58,336 nucleotides of DNA from Lama guanicoe (lineage: Eukaryota): positions 234,666 through 293,001 of the forward strand of contig MU054085.1 of assembly GCA_013239625.1 (NCBI GenBank), in the 5' to 3' direction. The notes beneath the pieces were generated by a model. The model did no database searches. It had not been told where the DNA came from and saw only the letters and a list, made by a program, of their open reading frames with translations. The position numbers and the translations under genes are program-made. Below are positions 48,714-58,336 of the stretch, one piece after another. The number at the start of each line of letters is the position of its first letter. Positions within the stretch are counted from its first letter, which is position 1.

Positions 48714-49072
48714 NNNNNNNNNNNNNNNNNNNNNNNNNNNNNNNNNNNNNNNNNNNNNNNNNNNNNNNNNNNNNNNNNNNNNNNNNNNNNNNNNNNNNNN
48801 NNNNNNNNNNNNNNNNNNNNNNNNNNNNNNNNNNNNNNNNNNNNNNNNNNNNNNNNNNNNNNNNNNNNNNNNNNNNNNNNNNNNNNNNNNNNNNNNNNNN
48901 NNNNNNNNNNNNNNNNNNNNNNNNNNNNNNNNNNNNNNNNNNNNNNNNNNNNNNNNNNNNNNNNNNNNNNNNNNNNNNNNNNNNNNNNNNNNNNNNNNNN
49001 NNNNNNNNNNNNNNNNNNNNNNNNNNNNNNNNNNNNNNNNNNNNNNNNNNNNNNNNNNNNNNNNNNNNNNNN
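48714..49072. other. Assembly gap (N)
   Basis: Run of N. Confidence 1.
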
Positions 49073-49772
49073 AGTCCAGAAAAATACTGGAGAAGGTGTG
49101 GAGAAAAGGAAACGCTCCTACACTGTTGGTGGGAAGGCAGTTTGGTGCAGCCATTATGGAAAACAGTATGGAGATTCCTCAGAGACTAAAAATAGACCTA
49201 CCATTTGACCCAGCAATCCCACTCCTGGACATATATCCAAAAGGAATCTTAATTCAGAAAAGATACATGGACCCCAATGTTCATAGCAGCACTATTTACA
49301 GTATCCAAGACATGGAAACAACCTAAGTGTCCATTGACAGATGACCAAATAAAGAAGCTGTAGTATATTTATATAATGGAATACTACTGGGTCATAAAAA
49401 ATGATAAAATAATGCCATTTGCAGCAACATGATTGGACTTGGAGATTGTTATTCTAAGTGAAATAAGCCAGAAAGAGAAAGAAAAATACCGTATGATATC
49501 ACTTATATGTGGAATCTAAAAAAAAAAAAAAGACAAAGTTATTTGCAAAACAGAAACTGACAGACGTAGAGAACAAATGTGGTTATGGGGGTGAGGAGGG
49601 TGGGAATGGATAAACTGGAAATTAGAGATTTGCAAATATGAACTGACATATATATGTACATAGAATAGATAAACAACAAGTTCATGCTGTATAATGCAGG
49701 GAACTATATTCAAAATCTTATAGTAAGTTATGGTGAAAAAGAATATGAAAATGAATATATGTATATTCATGT
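49073..49772 (+). mobile_element. Young L1 3' region
   Basis: [29 protein letters not shown] peptide; camelid-type 3'UTR that stops short of the poly(A) signal. Confidence 0.9.
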
Positions 49773-50821
49773 CTACAAATGAGATTTTGCAGAGATGCCA
49801 AGTGCCTCGATGACACTATGGATATAATCCAGAAGAAAGGCAGAGGCAGTCTTTATCTTGGGGTCCCTGGTTTCCCTGGCCTTGGGGTATGATGAGGCTG
49901 GTAAATACACAGATTTGTTACTTCTCAGATTAGCTTTGTACAGGAACACAGAGCAGAGAGCAGTCTGGGTGAAGAAATCTGCAAAGAATTTACAGCTCAC
50001 TTACACCTAAAGCATTTGCATTTCCAGCTCACAGAGGATGCTGTGTCTCACTGTGAATGGAAGGGAAAAGCTACCTTCTTTCCTCAGCCTCCCCACAGCC
50101 TTCTTTGCTCTGCAACTCAAAGACCACTCAGCATACAATTGATAGCAGCCAGCGGCTGCTTGGGTGGTCCTCCAGGCCCTGTGAGCATTTGGCAACGCCA
50201 ATCAATTCAGTGCTCTAATTTGTAAGGGGAGGCATCTGCCTTTGACTGTCCCAGTCCAGACTGGCAGTGCCTTCTGGTCCTGCCACCTGGCTTCTAGAAA
50301 GCTGCTGCTCATAGACAGCATCTTGCTCGTGTTTACTGCCCCTTCCCTGGACCCCACTGCTCTTTAGCTTTACTTTCTTGATGTCTAAAGAAAATTCTCT
50401 TTGCTGTTTGTCCAAGCTACCGCCTGTCCCCTCTGCAACCTCTGACGGTCAGGGTTAAGCCCCAAGAAATGAATGGCTTTGATGAGTACTGGTGAAAATC
50501 AGTTCAGTTAGGAAATCCAATGGCCTCAACCTCCAGTTCAAAATGGCAAGTCCAGGCACCAAACTTGGACTAGGACTACAGTGACATCAGATGCCTTTGC
50601 AATGAGACAGCACAGAAGGGGTTTTGCAAACTGAAAAGCTGCAGTGCTGTAGGGATCAAAGTTATCCCTAACAACATGCAATTCTTGCTACTATCTTGTG
50701 TTCCATCTCAGCCGCCTTCTCTGTCCAGACCTCTTTATTTCTAAAATGCTGGGTCCAATAGGTCATCTAGTCACTCTTGCTTTTTATTTGAAAGATGAGA
50801 TCCCAATAAGTAGAGAAGAGA

Positions 50822-51075
50822 TGTGGTGTGATACGGACTAAAGCACAAAATTTCTGGAAGCGTCAAACTTGGACTTCAGATCTGACCCTACCACCCACTG
50901 ACTGGGAACTTGGTTAAGTTACTGAACTTCTGTGAACCTCATTTCCCCTATTTGTAAACTGGAGCACAAAGCCTTACAATGCACAGTTATTATATTAGAG
51001 ATTTTAAATGTAAAGTACCTTCTAACACATGGCAATTAGTAGGTGCTTAATAAGTGATTTCCATTATCATCACTA
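50822..51075 (+). mobile_element. Near full-length MIR SINE
   Basis: cttggttaagttactgaacttctgtgaacctcatttcccctatttgtaaa...gtaggtgcttaataag. Confidence 0.85.
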
Positions 51076-51464
51076 TCTGATTTGTATTATTTTCCTTTTT
51101 GGTGGAAATTGAAGTGTGAAAGGGCTTTGAATAATTTGCTAAGTGAATTCTAAAATATTTCCCTAATTTTTACATATAGTATTTTATATGCATTATAGTA
51201 GTTTTTAATCTCTCATAGCATTCTGTGTATAACTGCTTTAAAAATAATAGCAGAATTATTTAAATAATACATGCTATAAGAGGGCTGCTTGTTTCAGGAA
51301 GTTATTCTGATCATTCTATTGCCAATAATAGAATTCAAGGTTATATTGCATGGTAATTTTTTTTCGATGGAAGTAAAGGAAACTAAACTCACATATATAT
51401 TCTATACAAAATTGTGTATAGAATACATATGTATAATTATATATGTTTATATACATAGAATATT

Positions 51465-51486
51465 GATAGATAGATAGATAGATAGA
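51465..51486. repeat. (GATA)n
   Basis: Direct reading. Confidence 0.85.
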
Positions 51487-51932
51487 GAAGTTAGCTCTCA
51501 GAAACTTTGAAAGAGCTATGGAAACCATTTATGAGTCCCTTAGGATTTGAAATTGTAAATCCACACTACAAGTATCTTCATTGCCCAGTTTTTATTTCTC
51601 CTCCATGTGGTAGGCAGCATGGTTTACCAAATCGTTGTCAACAGCAGATGTTTATTTCTCCCCATGTCTGCTTGGGTCATGTGACCCCACCACTTCACTT
51701 CACTGGGCAACGGGGGCTTATGTTTGGCCAGGCTTTGTCTAACTGCATTGTTGACCATGGAAGCAGAAGTTCTTAACAGAAGAAGAGAAAAGGAAACTTT
51801 TTTAGACAGATAAATGCAGCCACCATAGTTTGTAACATTGCGCTTCATGGCTGCCCGGGGCCTACAGTAACCTTTATCTCCATACTCACAATACCAGAAT
51901 TCCCAGTGTAACACAACTGCCTCATGTGAAAT

Positions 51933-52552
51933 TGTTAGAGCAGGCAGGTAGCTAGATGTGAGCAGAGAAATGGGGACATGGGCACATGGCAGAAAACCAT
52001 ACATCTTGTGAAAAAAAGGGGGTCCTTGGACAGACCAAGAGAAACAGGACCCTCTGGACTGATTGAAAAACCATACCTTCTGGGTTGAAAAGTGTCCTGG
52101 AGGCAGAAGGGTGGGACAGGACAGGAGTCTCCACCATCCAAGTGTAACCCTTCAATCATTATGACCTCTGTCCAAACGTAACCTTTTGTCTATGATACCC
52201 CATCTGAATGTAAACTTTTGTTCATTATGACCTCATCCAACTTCCCAATCGACTAAATAAGGATGAAAAATTTCTGCTCCCCACCTGGGAAGGTGGATCT
52301 GGGATGAAGATCAGGAAAGATGACCCCAGACCCCTCCCCACCAATGAATATTCCACCCATTCATTTTTACACCCTATGTAACTAACTTGCCAAAGAAACA
52401 CAGCGCCGCAGCCCACCTCAGCCTGCCTGCCTGCCCTCCCCTTGAGAGTGTGCTATCCATCCTTAAATAAATTCTCACTTTACTTTTTTAACCACTACAT
52501 TTGTCTCTGAATTCTTTCTGAGATGGGACAAGAACCTGGAACACTGGTTACA
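51933..52552 (+). mobile_element. ERV solo LTR
   Basis: Start tgttagagcaggcaggtagctagatgtgagcag; aataaa near 52466; end aattctttctgagatgggacaagaacctgg..ttaca; TSD not evident. Confidence 0.75.
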
Positions 52553-52773
52553 TTCATGGGCAACGCTATCAAATGTTTCAAGCTGGACAAGAGCTTTTTT
52601 CTTGCAGGATCTTTCTAAAGGCCAGAAGTGAAATGTAATTAGTTCTAGGCCAGAACTATTGCTAAAGCATTGAACGAACTATAGCATTAAGCCTCTTTCT
52701 GGTAGCTTTTCTATCCTCCATCCTTCCCCTCCCCATGACCTCCTACAGGACACCTTGACCAACAAATAAAGGG

Positions 52774-53436
52774 TGATGGTGGGGGACACTTGGTGGTGCC
52801 AGTGATGTGGGTTGGTAAGAAGAATTTACCAGGAAGGGAGAAGTTCAAGAACAAAGAGAAGTTTAATAGGCACACTGTTTAATAGGTATAGGAGGTGCCT
52901 TCCAGTGCAGAGAACAAAGGGAAGGCTTAATAGTTATGCTGCTATAGGCAACAGAGCATCACACAGGCAAGAGGTGCCTGCATGTCCACTGAGTGTGAAT
53001 GTGCAGGGTCTTTTAATGGGGAAGGGGTGTGAACACAAAGGAATAGGGAAACAGATTTCTGATTGTCTATAAGTGAGGTGAGGGGCTTTGGTATATGGGA
53101 GAATAGTGGATTTATGACTCCAGTAAGATGGAGACAGCAGCTGACACAAGCAAGGCAGTGAAATTTATGACTCCAATCAGGGGAGATGTAGGCTGTGACA
53201 AGTCTGCCTGAGCTATGGTGAGGCTAGCCATTCCCCAAGGCTGTTAATTGTGCAAAGGCAAACAGCCATCAGGAGTTCATCTCCCCAAGAGGAGCAGGCA
53301 GATGCCTAAGGGCTGGAAATTGGGGGCAGCAGGGCCTCAGCAGGCACCAGTTGGCACTACAGCTGGTGTGGGTCTCAGCAGGATCTCAGCACCACACCTG
53401 GCACCCATTTTATTTGGTGGGTCCAAGGATCTACCA
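52774..53436 (-). mobile_element. Probable ERV solo LTR
   Basis: tgatggtgggggacacttggtggtg...aagaagaattt...tttaat (minus-strand ATTAAA); internal repeat of atttatgactcca; ends in ca. Confidence 0.55.
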
Positions 53437-54449
53437 GTTGTTAACCCTGCTGTGAACAGCTCCTTTTCTGGAAGCAGCAGGAAGTAGCCGAGATCTCTTA
53501 ATAATCTGACATTTTCTGCCAGGTCCCCCAAAGTTCTGTGTGAGGTATATGATCTGAACCCCCCAAAACAGTTCAATCCCAATAAACAGTTAACAGTTTA
53601 TCCATTTTTTTCTTTAGTAAATTAAATGGATCTGAGACAGAACAGAATGAACCACACTTCATGCTTCAAGTCATCCAAGTTTTATATTTAAGTTCTGTCA
53701 TTTGACTCTTACTTCTGGTTCAAAATTGTGTATTAATTAGTGTTTTTAATTGTAAGTAACATAAGCCAACTCTGTCCAATTTAGGCATAAAACACAATAT
53801 TTATTGAAAAATTTATGATAGTTCTCAGGTACTGAAAGAATTAGAAAATGACTCAAAGTTCTTAATAACATGCCAGAAAATTTGTTTTCAAAAGAATGCT
53901 GCCTTTTAACATGGTGACTTTCAAAGACTTTGTATTTATTCCAACTAACTTTGAATTACTTTCAGAATCCACATCACATTTCTTTAACTATCTGAATTAT
54001 GCCAAATTTTTGCCTTTTTAAAGTGGATTTGATATTCTTAGAAAATCATTTTGAAATCGTATTTACTGAGGTGACTTAACAGAGTGAGTAATACTGGTTT
54101 AATAATTTTTTGTTGTTTCTAATGTAACAAGATTGGAAATATTTCTCTCCTAATATTACCTTAATAGTCTTCATCTGGTGAATTGCTAGCAGGTTGATGA
54201 TAATTGGTTAGTAATTGGCTGACAATCACCAGCCGACTCTGACTGGCCCCAAAGGGGGAATATGTGCGAACGAAAAAGTGAATTTCAGAGTCCAGGCTCA
54301 AATCAGCACAGCGAATGGGCCCAAGAGAACTAGGAAAGAGATCTATTAAGGGAAATGACTCAGGACTGTAATTCTGCCTAAGAGAGCAATCTAACCAGAA
54401 AATGGAGAAGTTGTAGAGAAACCACTGACTCCTGCAAATGTGTTGTTTT

Positions 54450-54670
54450 GAGAGAGTATGGTTATGGCAGAAAACTGTTGGGAGTAAAGCAAACCCAAGT
54501 TGGCTTGGGAGTTCAAATCCTGCCTTCTCCGTGTGATCTTGAGGAAGTTACATGACCCTCCCTGGAGACATCTGCCCAATTTACAAAGTGGGGATTTTCA
54601 CAACAACCTTGTGGGTTGTTGCAATAATTGCATGTGAATCCTTATTTGAAAAGCCTAGTGCAATGCTTAA
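54450..54670 (+). mobile_element. MIR SINE
   Basis: gagttcaaatcctgcc...gtgtgatcttgaggaagttacatgacc. Confidence 0.75.
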
Positions 54671-55564
54671 TACATAATTTTGTATAGTAATACTGATGTC
54701 TCAGATATAGTAATATCTCTGAGGTATAGGATATAGTAATACTGATGCCTCGCCCTCCATGCCAGTGTGTGCACATTCACTCTTAAATCCATGCTTGAAC
54801 AAAAGAAGGGTTGGAGGACTGCTATTCCACATTCCAATGTAGAATAAAAAATCCTCAGATAAGAAACCATACAAAAATAAGTTCAGAAATTTTAGTATTC
54901 CATGCAGCCCAAGGTTAATAAAAATGTGTCAAAAGTGTGTCAAGTTTGAGGACATAAGGAAAGAAATTGCTTCCTGGATAAACACTTTTGCCTCCTTTCC
55001 TCTGCTAGTTCCCTCACTTGGTTTCCCACGGCTGCATCTGATTTCCCTGAGGGCTTCTGGCTTCTCCCTACCAGCCTCTGAGGTAGACAGGCTGACTAAC
55101 AGGTGCTCAGCAGGGGTCTCTGGGTTCCCACAGAGCCTTAAATCACAGGTGTCAAGAGACCAAGCACAGTGTTCAACCTCAGAGCCCTGGAAGCTTCTGG
55201 TTTGTGAATGAACACTCAGACAGATGCCTCTTAATTTTCATTTCTGTTTCCTGTAGCAACTAATCTGCAAATAGTTACTCTTTCTGCATCTTCAAATAAT
55301 TCTCTTTACCTAAATTTTCCCTTAGGACCTTCATGTGCTGATTTTATCATATAACTATTATGGTTTAGTTACCTAATGCTTTAAGGGGCAGCTACACATA
55401 GAATTTGGGCAGGGGTAGTGCCTTTGGTATTGGCAACTCCCCTGTTCCAACCTGAATTTAGAGGCAATTTTGCCAAGAACTGCTTCTGGCCCAAATTCTT
55501 GAGCTAGGCCAAAAATGTCCCTAAGGAACTCTACTGGACTGAGATGGACCTTCTCCCCGCAAGC

Positions 55565-56491
55565 TGCAACTGAGTAGGGCCCTATGGGGCCTTCCTGAGG
55601 CCCCTATATCCTATATATCTGTTACATCGATATCCTCTGTTTTAGCTCCTCTGTGAAGTACCCAGACAACAGTATCTGACACACATTCCCTGAGTTGTTT
55701 TAACAGATGTTAAAACCCCCACCAATTGCAAGAGTTAAATACTTGCTGACCAGGAACACACAGCCTCCAGGCCTACTGAAGCCTAAAGACTGATAATGTT
55801 AACCCCTGTGACACCACCATGTTACTTCACCATCAACCAATCAATCAGAGAATTGTTCATGAGCTGGTCACATACCCTGGGACTCCTCTCCCTCACCTTG
55901 CCTTACTGAAAAAAAAAAAAAAAGCCATCAAATTCCTAATGTTGAAATGGGATACCTGCAGAGAATTCACAAGTATGCCTCCAACACTAATGAACTCATC
56001 TACAAAACAGAAACAGACTTGCAGACAGTAAACAATCTTCAGTCTTACAGTCACAGGGGGAAAAAGGGTGGGAAGGGATAAATTTGGGAGTTTGAGATTT
56101 GCAAGTGTTAACTGCTATGTATAAAAAATAGATAAAAACAAGTTTCTTCTGTATAGCACAGGGAACTATATTCAACATCCTGCAATAACCTTTAATGAAA
56201 AAGAATAAGAAAATGAATATATATATATATATATACACACATACATGACTGGGACTTTATGCTGTACACCAGAAATTGACACATTGTAACTGACTATACT
56301 TCAATTAAAAAAATAAATTAAAAACAATGCTTTACTAAAACCTATCGGAGAGTTCAGGGCTTTTGAGCCCTAGCTGTCCTGGACTCCTTGTATGGTGCCT
56401 TACAATAAATGATGAACTTTCACCACAACCTTGTGTCAGTAGATTGGCTTTACTGCACATGGGTGAGTGGACCTACGTTTGGTTTGATAAA
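55565..56491 (+). mobile_element. ERV1-class solo LTR interrupted by a young L1 tail
   Basis: Start tgcaactgagtagggccctatgggg; ccaatc box; aataaa near 56404; end gtggacctacgtttggtttgataaa; probable TSD aagc (55561-55564 / 56492-56495). Confidence 0.75.
55985..56325 (+). mobile_element. 5'-truncated young camelid-type L1
   Basis: cactaatgaactcatctacaaaacag...ctgactatacttcaattaaaaaaataaa. Confidence 0.9.
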
Positions 56492-57217
56492 AAGCTAGCT
56501 AAAGACAGAAGGAGAGTCAGCTCTAATCTGCCATTCTTGTTTTTGTACATGTGATACACAAATGCTCACAGTTCCCCAGCTTTTCTGAGATGGCTACCTA
56601 TCCCTGAAACAAATGGAGTAGTCAGTTCTCACACCTATGCCCTTTTCTCAACGTTGGGTCTGAATGAAAATGGACATGTGTGGTGGGTGCAGGGGAGGGA
56701 TTGGGCCCTGGCCCTTTAGAGGAAAGTGCCCATTATGTGATCAATGGTGGGCTCCTGGGGGCGGGTGGTAGGGTCCACGTAAGACTGGGATGTACAATTC
56801 GATATTGTGTTTCTCAAGCTAAACCCATTGATAAAGTAGTCATTAGAAATTCTCCCAACAATGTCATGTAGATTTCTCTTAACCTCCAGATTTAGTACTT
56901 TTGCTAGGTTGTTTTCTTCCTTGTAATATATCTTCTTGGATATTAAAATACAATGGTAAAAGGAAAAAAAAAAGAAAGCAGTATTAACCTCCTAGTGTGT
57001 TAGTTATAATGCAAGACTTTAGTTTCTTTGGTTGATTTGGAGATTCTATATTACAAATCTGCTAAACACTGATGTAAAATTCAGCCCATCTGTGACTCAT
57101 TTTGTCTTTTAATGCTCTCTGTTCAGAAAAATCTTTGAATTCACTTCAAATTTGTTGTTAAAATAAAGGTACATGGTATATCATACATACAAGGATATAT
57201 TGTTAAAATAATGGTTC

Positions 57218-57225
57218 TATCTATC

Positions 57226-57258
<33 letters not shown>
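57218..57258. repeat. (TATC)n
   Basis: Direct reading. Confidence 0.92.
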
Positions 57259-57259
<1 letters not shown>

Positions 57260-57878
57260 ATTTTGTCTATACACTGAGAGATGGTTGAAAATAACAGACA
57301 TTCAATTATACAGAGGATGTTTTACTCTGAATAATTACAGAGCACAGCCCGATTGGAATGTTTGTTTATCAGCCATGAGACCTTTATGATTGATTTGATA
57401 CAGCACATTTTGGATAAATGATTTTTAAAAACTTGTGTCCATTTAACTCACTGATGAAATGATTCTAAGCCTATTTGCTCAACTCTGTTGTCATCCATGC
57501 TTGCTTGAAACCCATATAATCCTTGGTTAGGAGGTACTTTTTCTTCTGGAATAGTTCTCTTAGATGTAATTATGCATCAGCTCATTTATCCTCTAAGCAA
57601 AAATGAGCCAAGCATTCAAAGATCTGCTAAGCACCTTCACATTGGTCCATTCAAATGAGCAAGCTCTCAGGCATTAACCCGTCCCAGCAACAGTCTTCAT
57701 GAAATAGCTCATCAAATGCCTGGCAACAGGATGAAGCCATCTGGTGAAGGGTGAATTGTAATTATAACCCATTCAAATGCACCTTCTTATCAACCACAAC
57801 ACCATCATCTGCCTCACCCTTGTAATCAGTCATGACATCCTAGAGGAGAAAAATGAAAAAGAAACCAATCTGATCACC

Positions 57879-57881
<3 letters not shown>

Positions 57882-57914
<33 letters not shown>
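57882..57914. repeat. (TG)n microsatellite
   Basis: Direct reading. Confidence 0.98.
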
Positions 57915-57916
<2 letters not shown>

Positions 57917-58336
57917 GTTGATAGTAGTATCCGGTGACACTCAACTCGAGATAAAAACAAATTTACCTTACGGAAATTTCCTCAGTCATTGAAGACAAAT
58001 AGCTCTCAGTTGAAGGTTTCACGTATGGGGCATTCCAGATCACTGTTACGCTACCCCTCCCTCAGCAGGAAGCCCCTCGAAGATCAAGATAAAGTAGTTC
58101 ATCAGGAGTTCCATGCGACAACCCCTTCTCAGTGCATTTGGTGGACTTCCAGGCATCCTCATGTCCACAGGAAGTTGCAAGAACCACAAAGCCGTGCTGA
58201 AATGTGAGAACACTGGAATTGTGCCTAAGTCTCACTCCCTAGGCTGTTTCCCCATTTGGCTCTATTGCGTAGCCAACGTTGACTAAAGTGCAGTTAGCAG
58301 ACCAGCCACAGAAGCATCATATGGGAGCTTAGCTTG

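Noticed and set aside
51933..56491. Paired LTRs of a provirus
   Set aside because: LTRs differ in sequence and orientation; no PBS or gag/pol/env remnants recognised between them.

Overview
Mammalian genomic DNA, very likely camelid (Camelus/Vicugna): it carries a Vic-1-like tRNA-derived SINE and several young L1 3' ends of one lineage-specific type. The window is repeat-dominated: L1 of several ages, L2, MIR, MaLR/ERV LTRs, hAT and mariner MITEs, microsatellites and three N-gaps. I can support no intact protein-coding exon. It opens at the edge of a CpG island with a plausible first-exon splice donor. The most notable feature is a ~1.1 kb GC/CpG-rich, 5'-truncated retrocopy of JRK (Jerky, a domesticated pogo/Tigger transposase gene) at 7578-8687. 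It sits inside an antisense L1 and retains the C-terminal coding part, one frameshift, a poly-Ala tract, a 3'UTR, AATAAA and an A-rich tail. Also notable: L1 orientation flips sharply at ~26.39 kb (minus on the left, plus on the right), a SINE and an L1 tail lie inside one TSD pair, and an L1 with a tandem-repeat 5'UTR has two internal deletions. I found no evidence of a new multi-gene system. Family names and the JRK comparison are from recalled sequences, not database searches; repeat boundaries are approximate.
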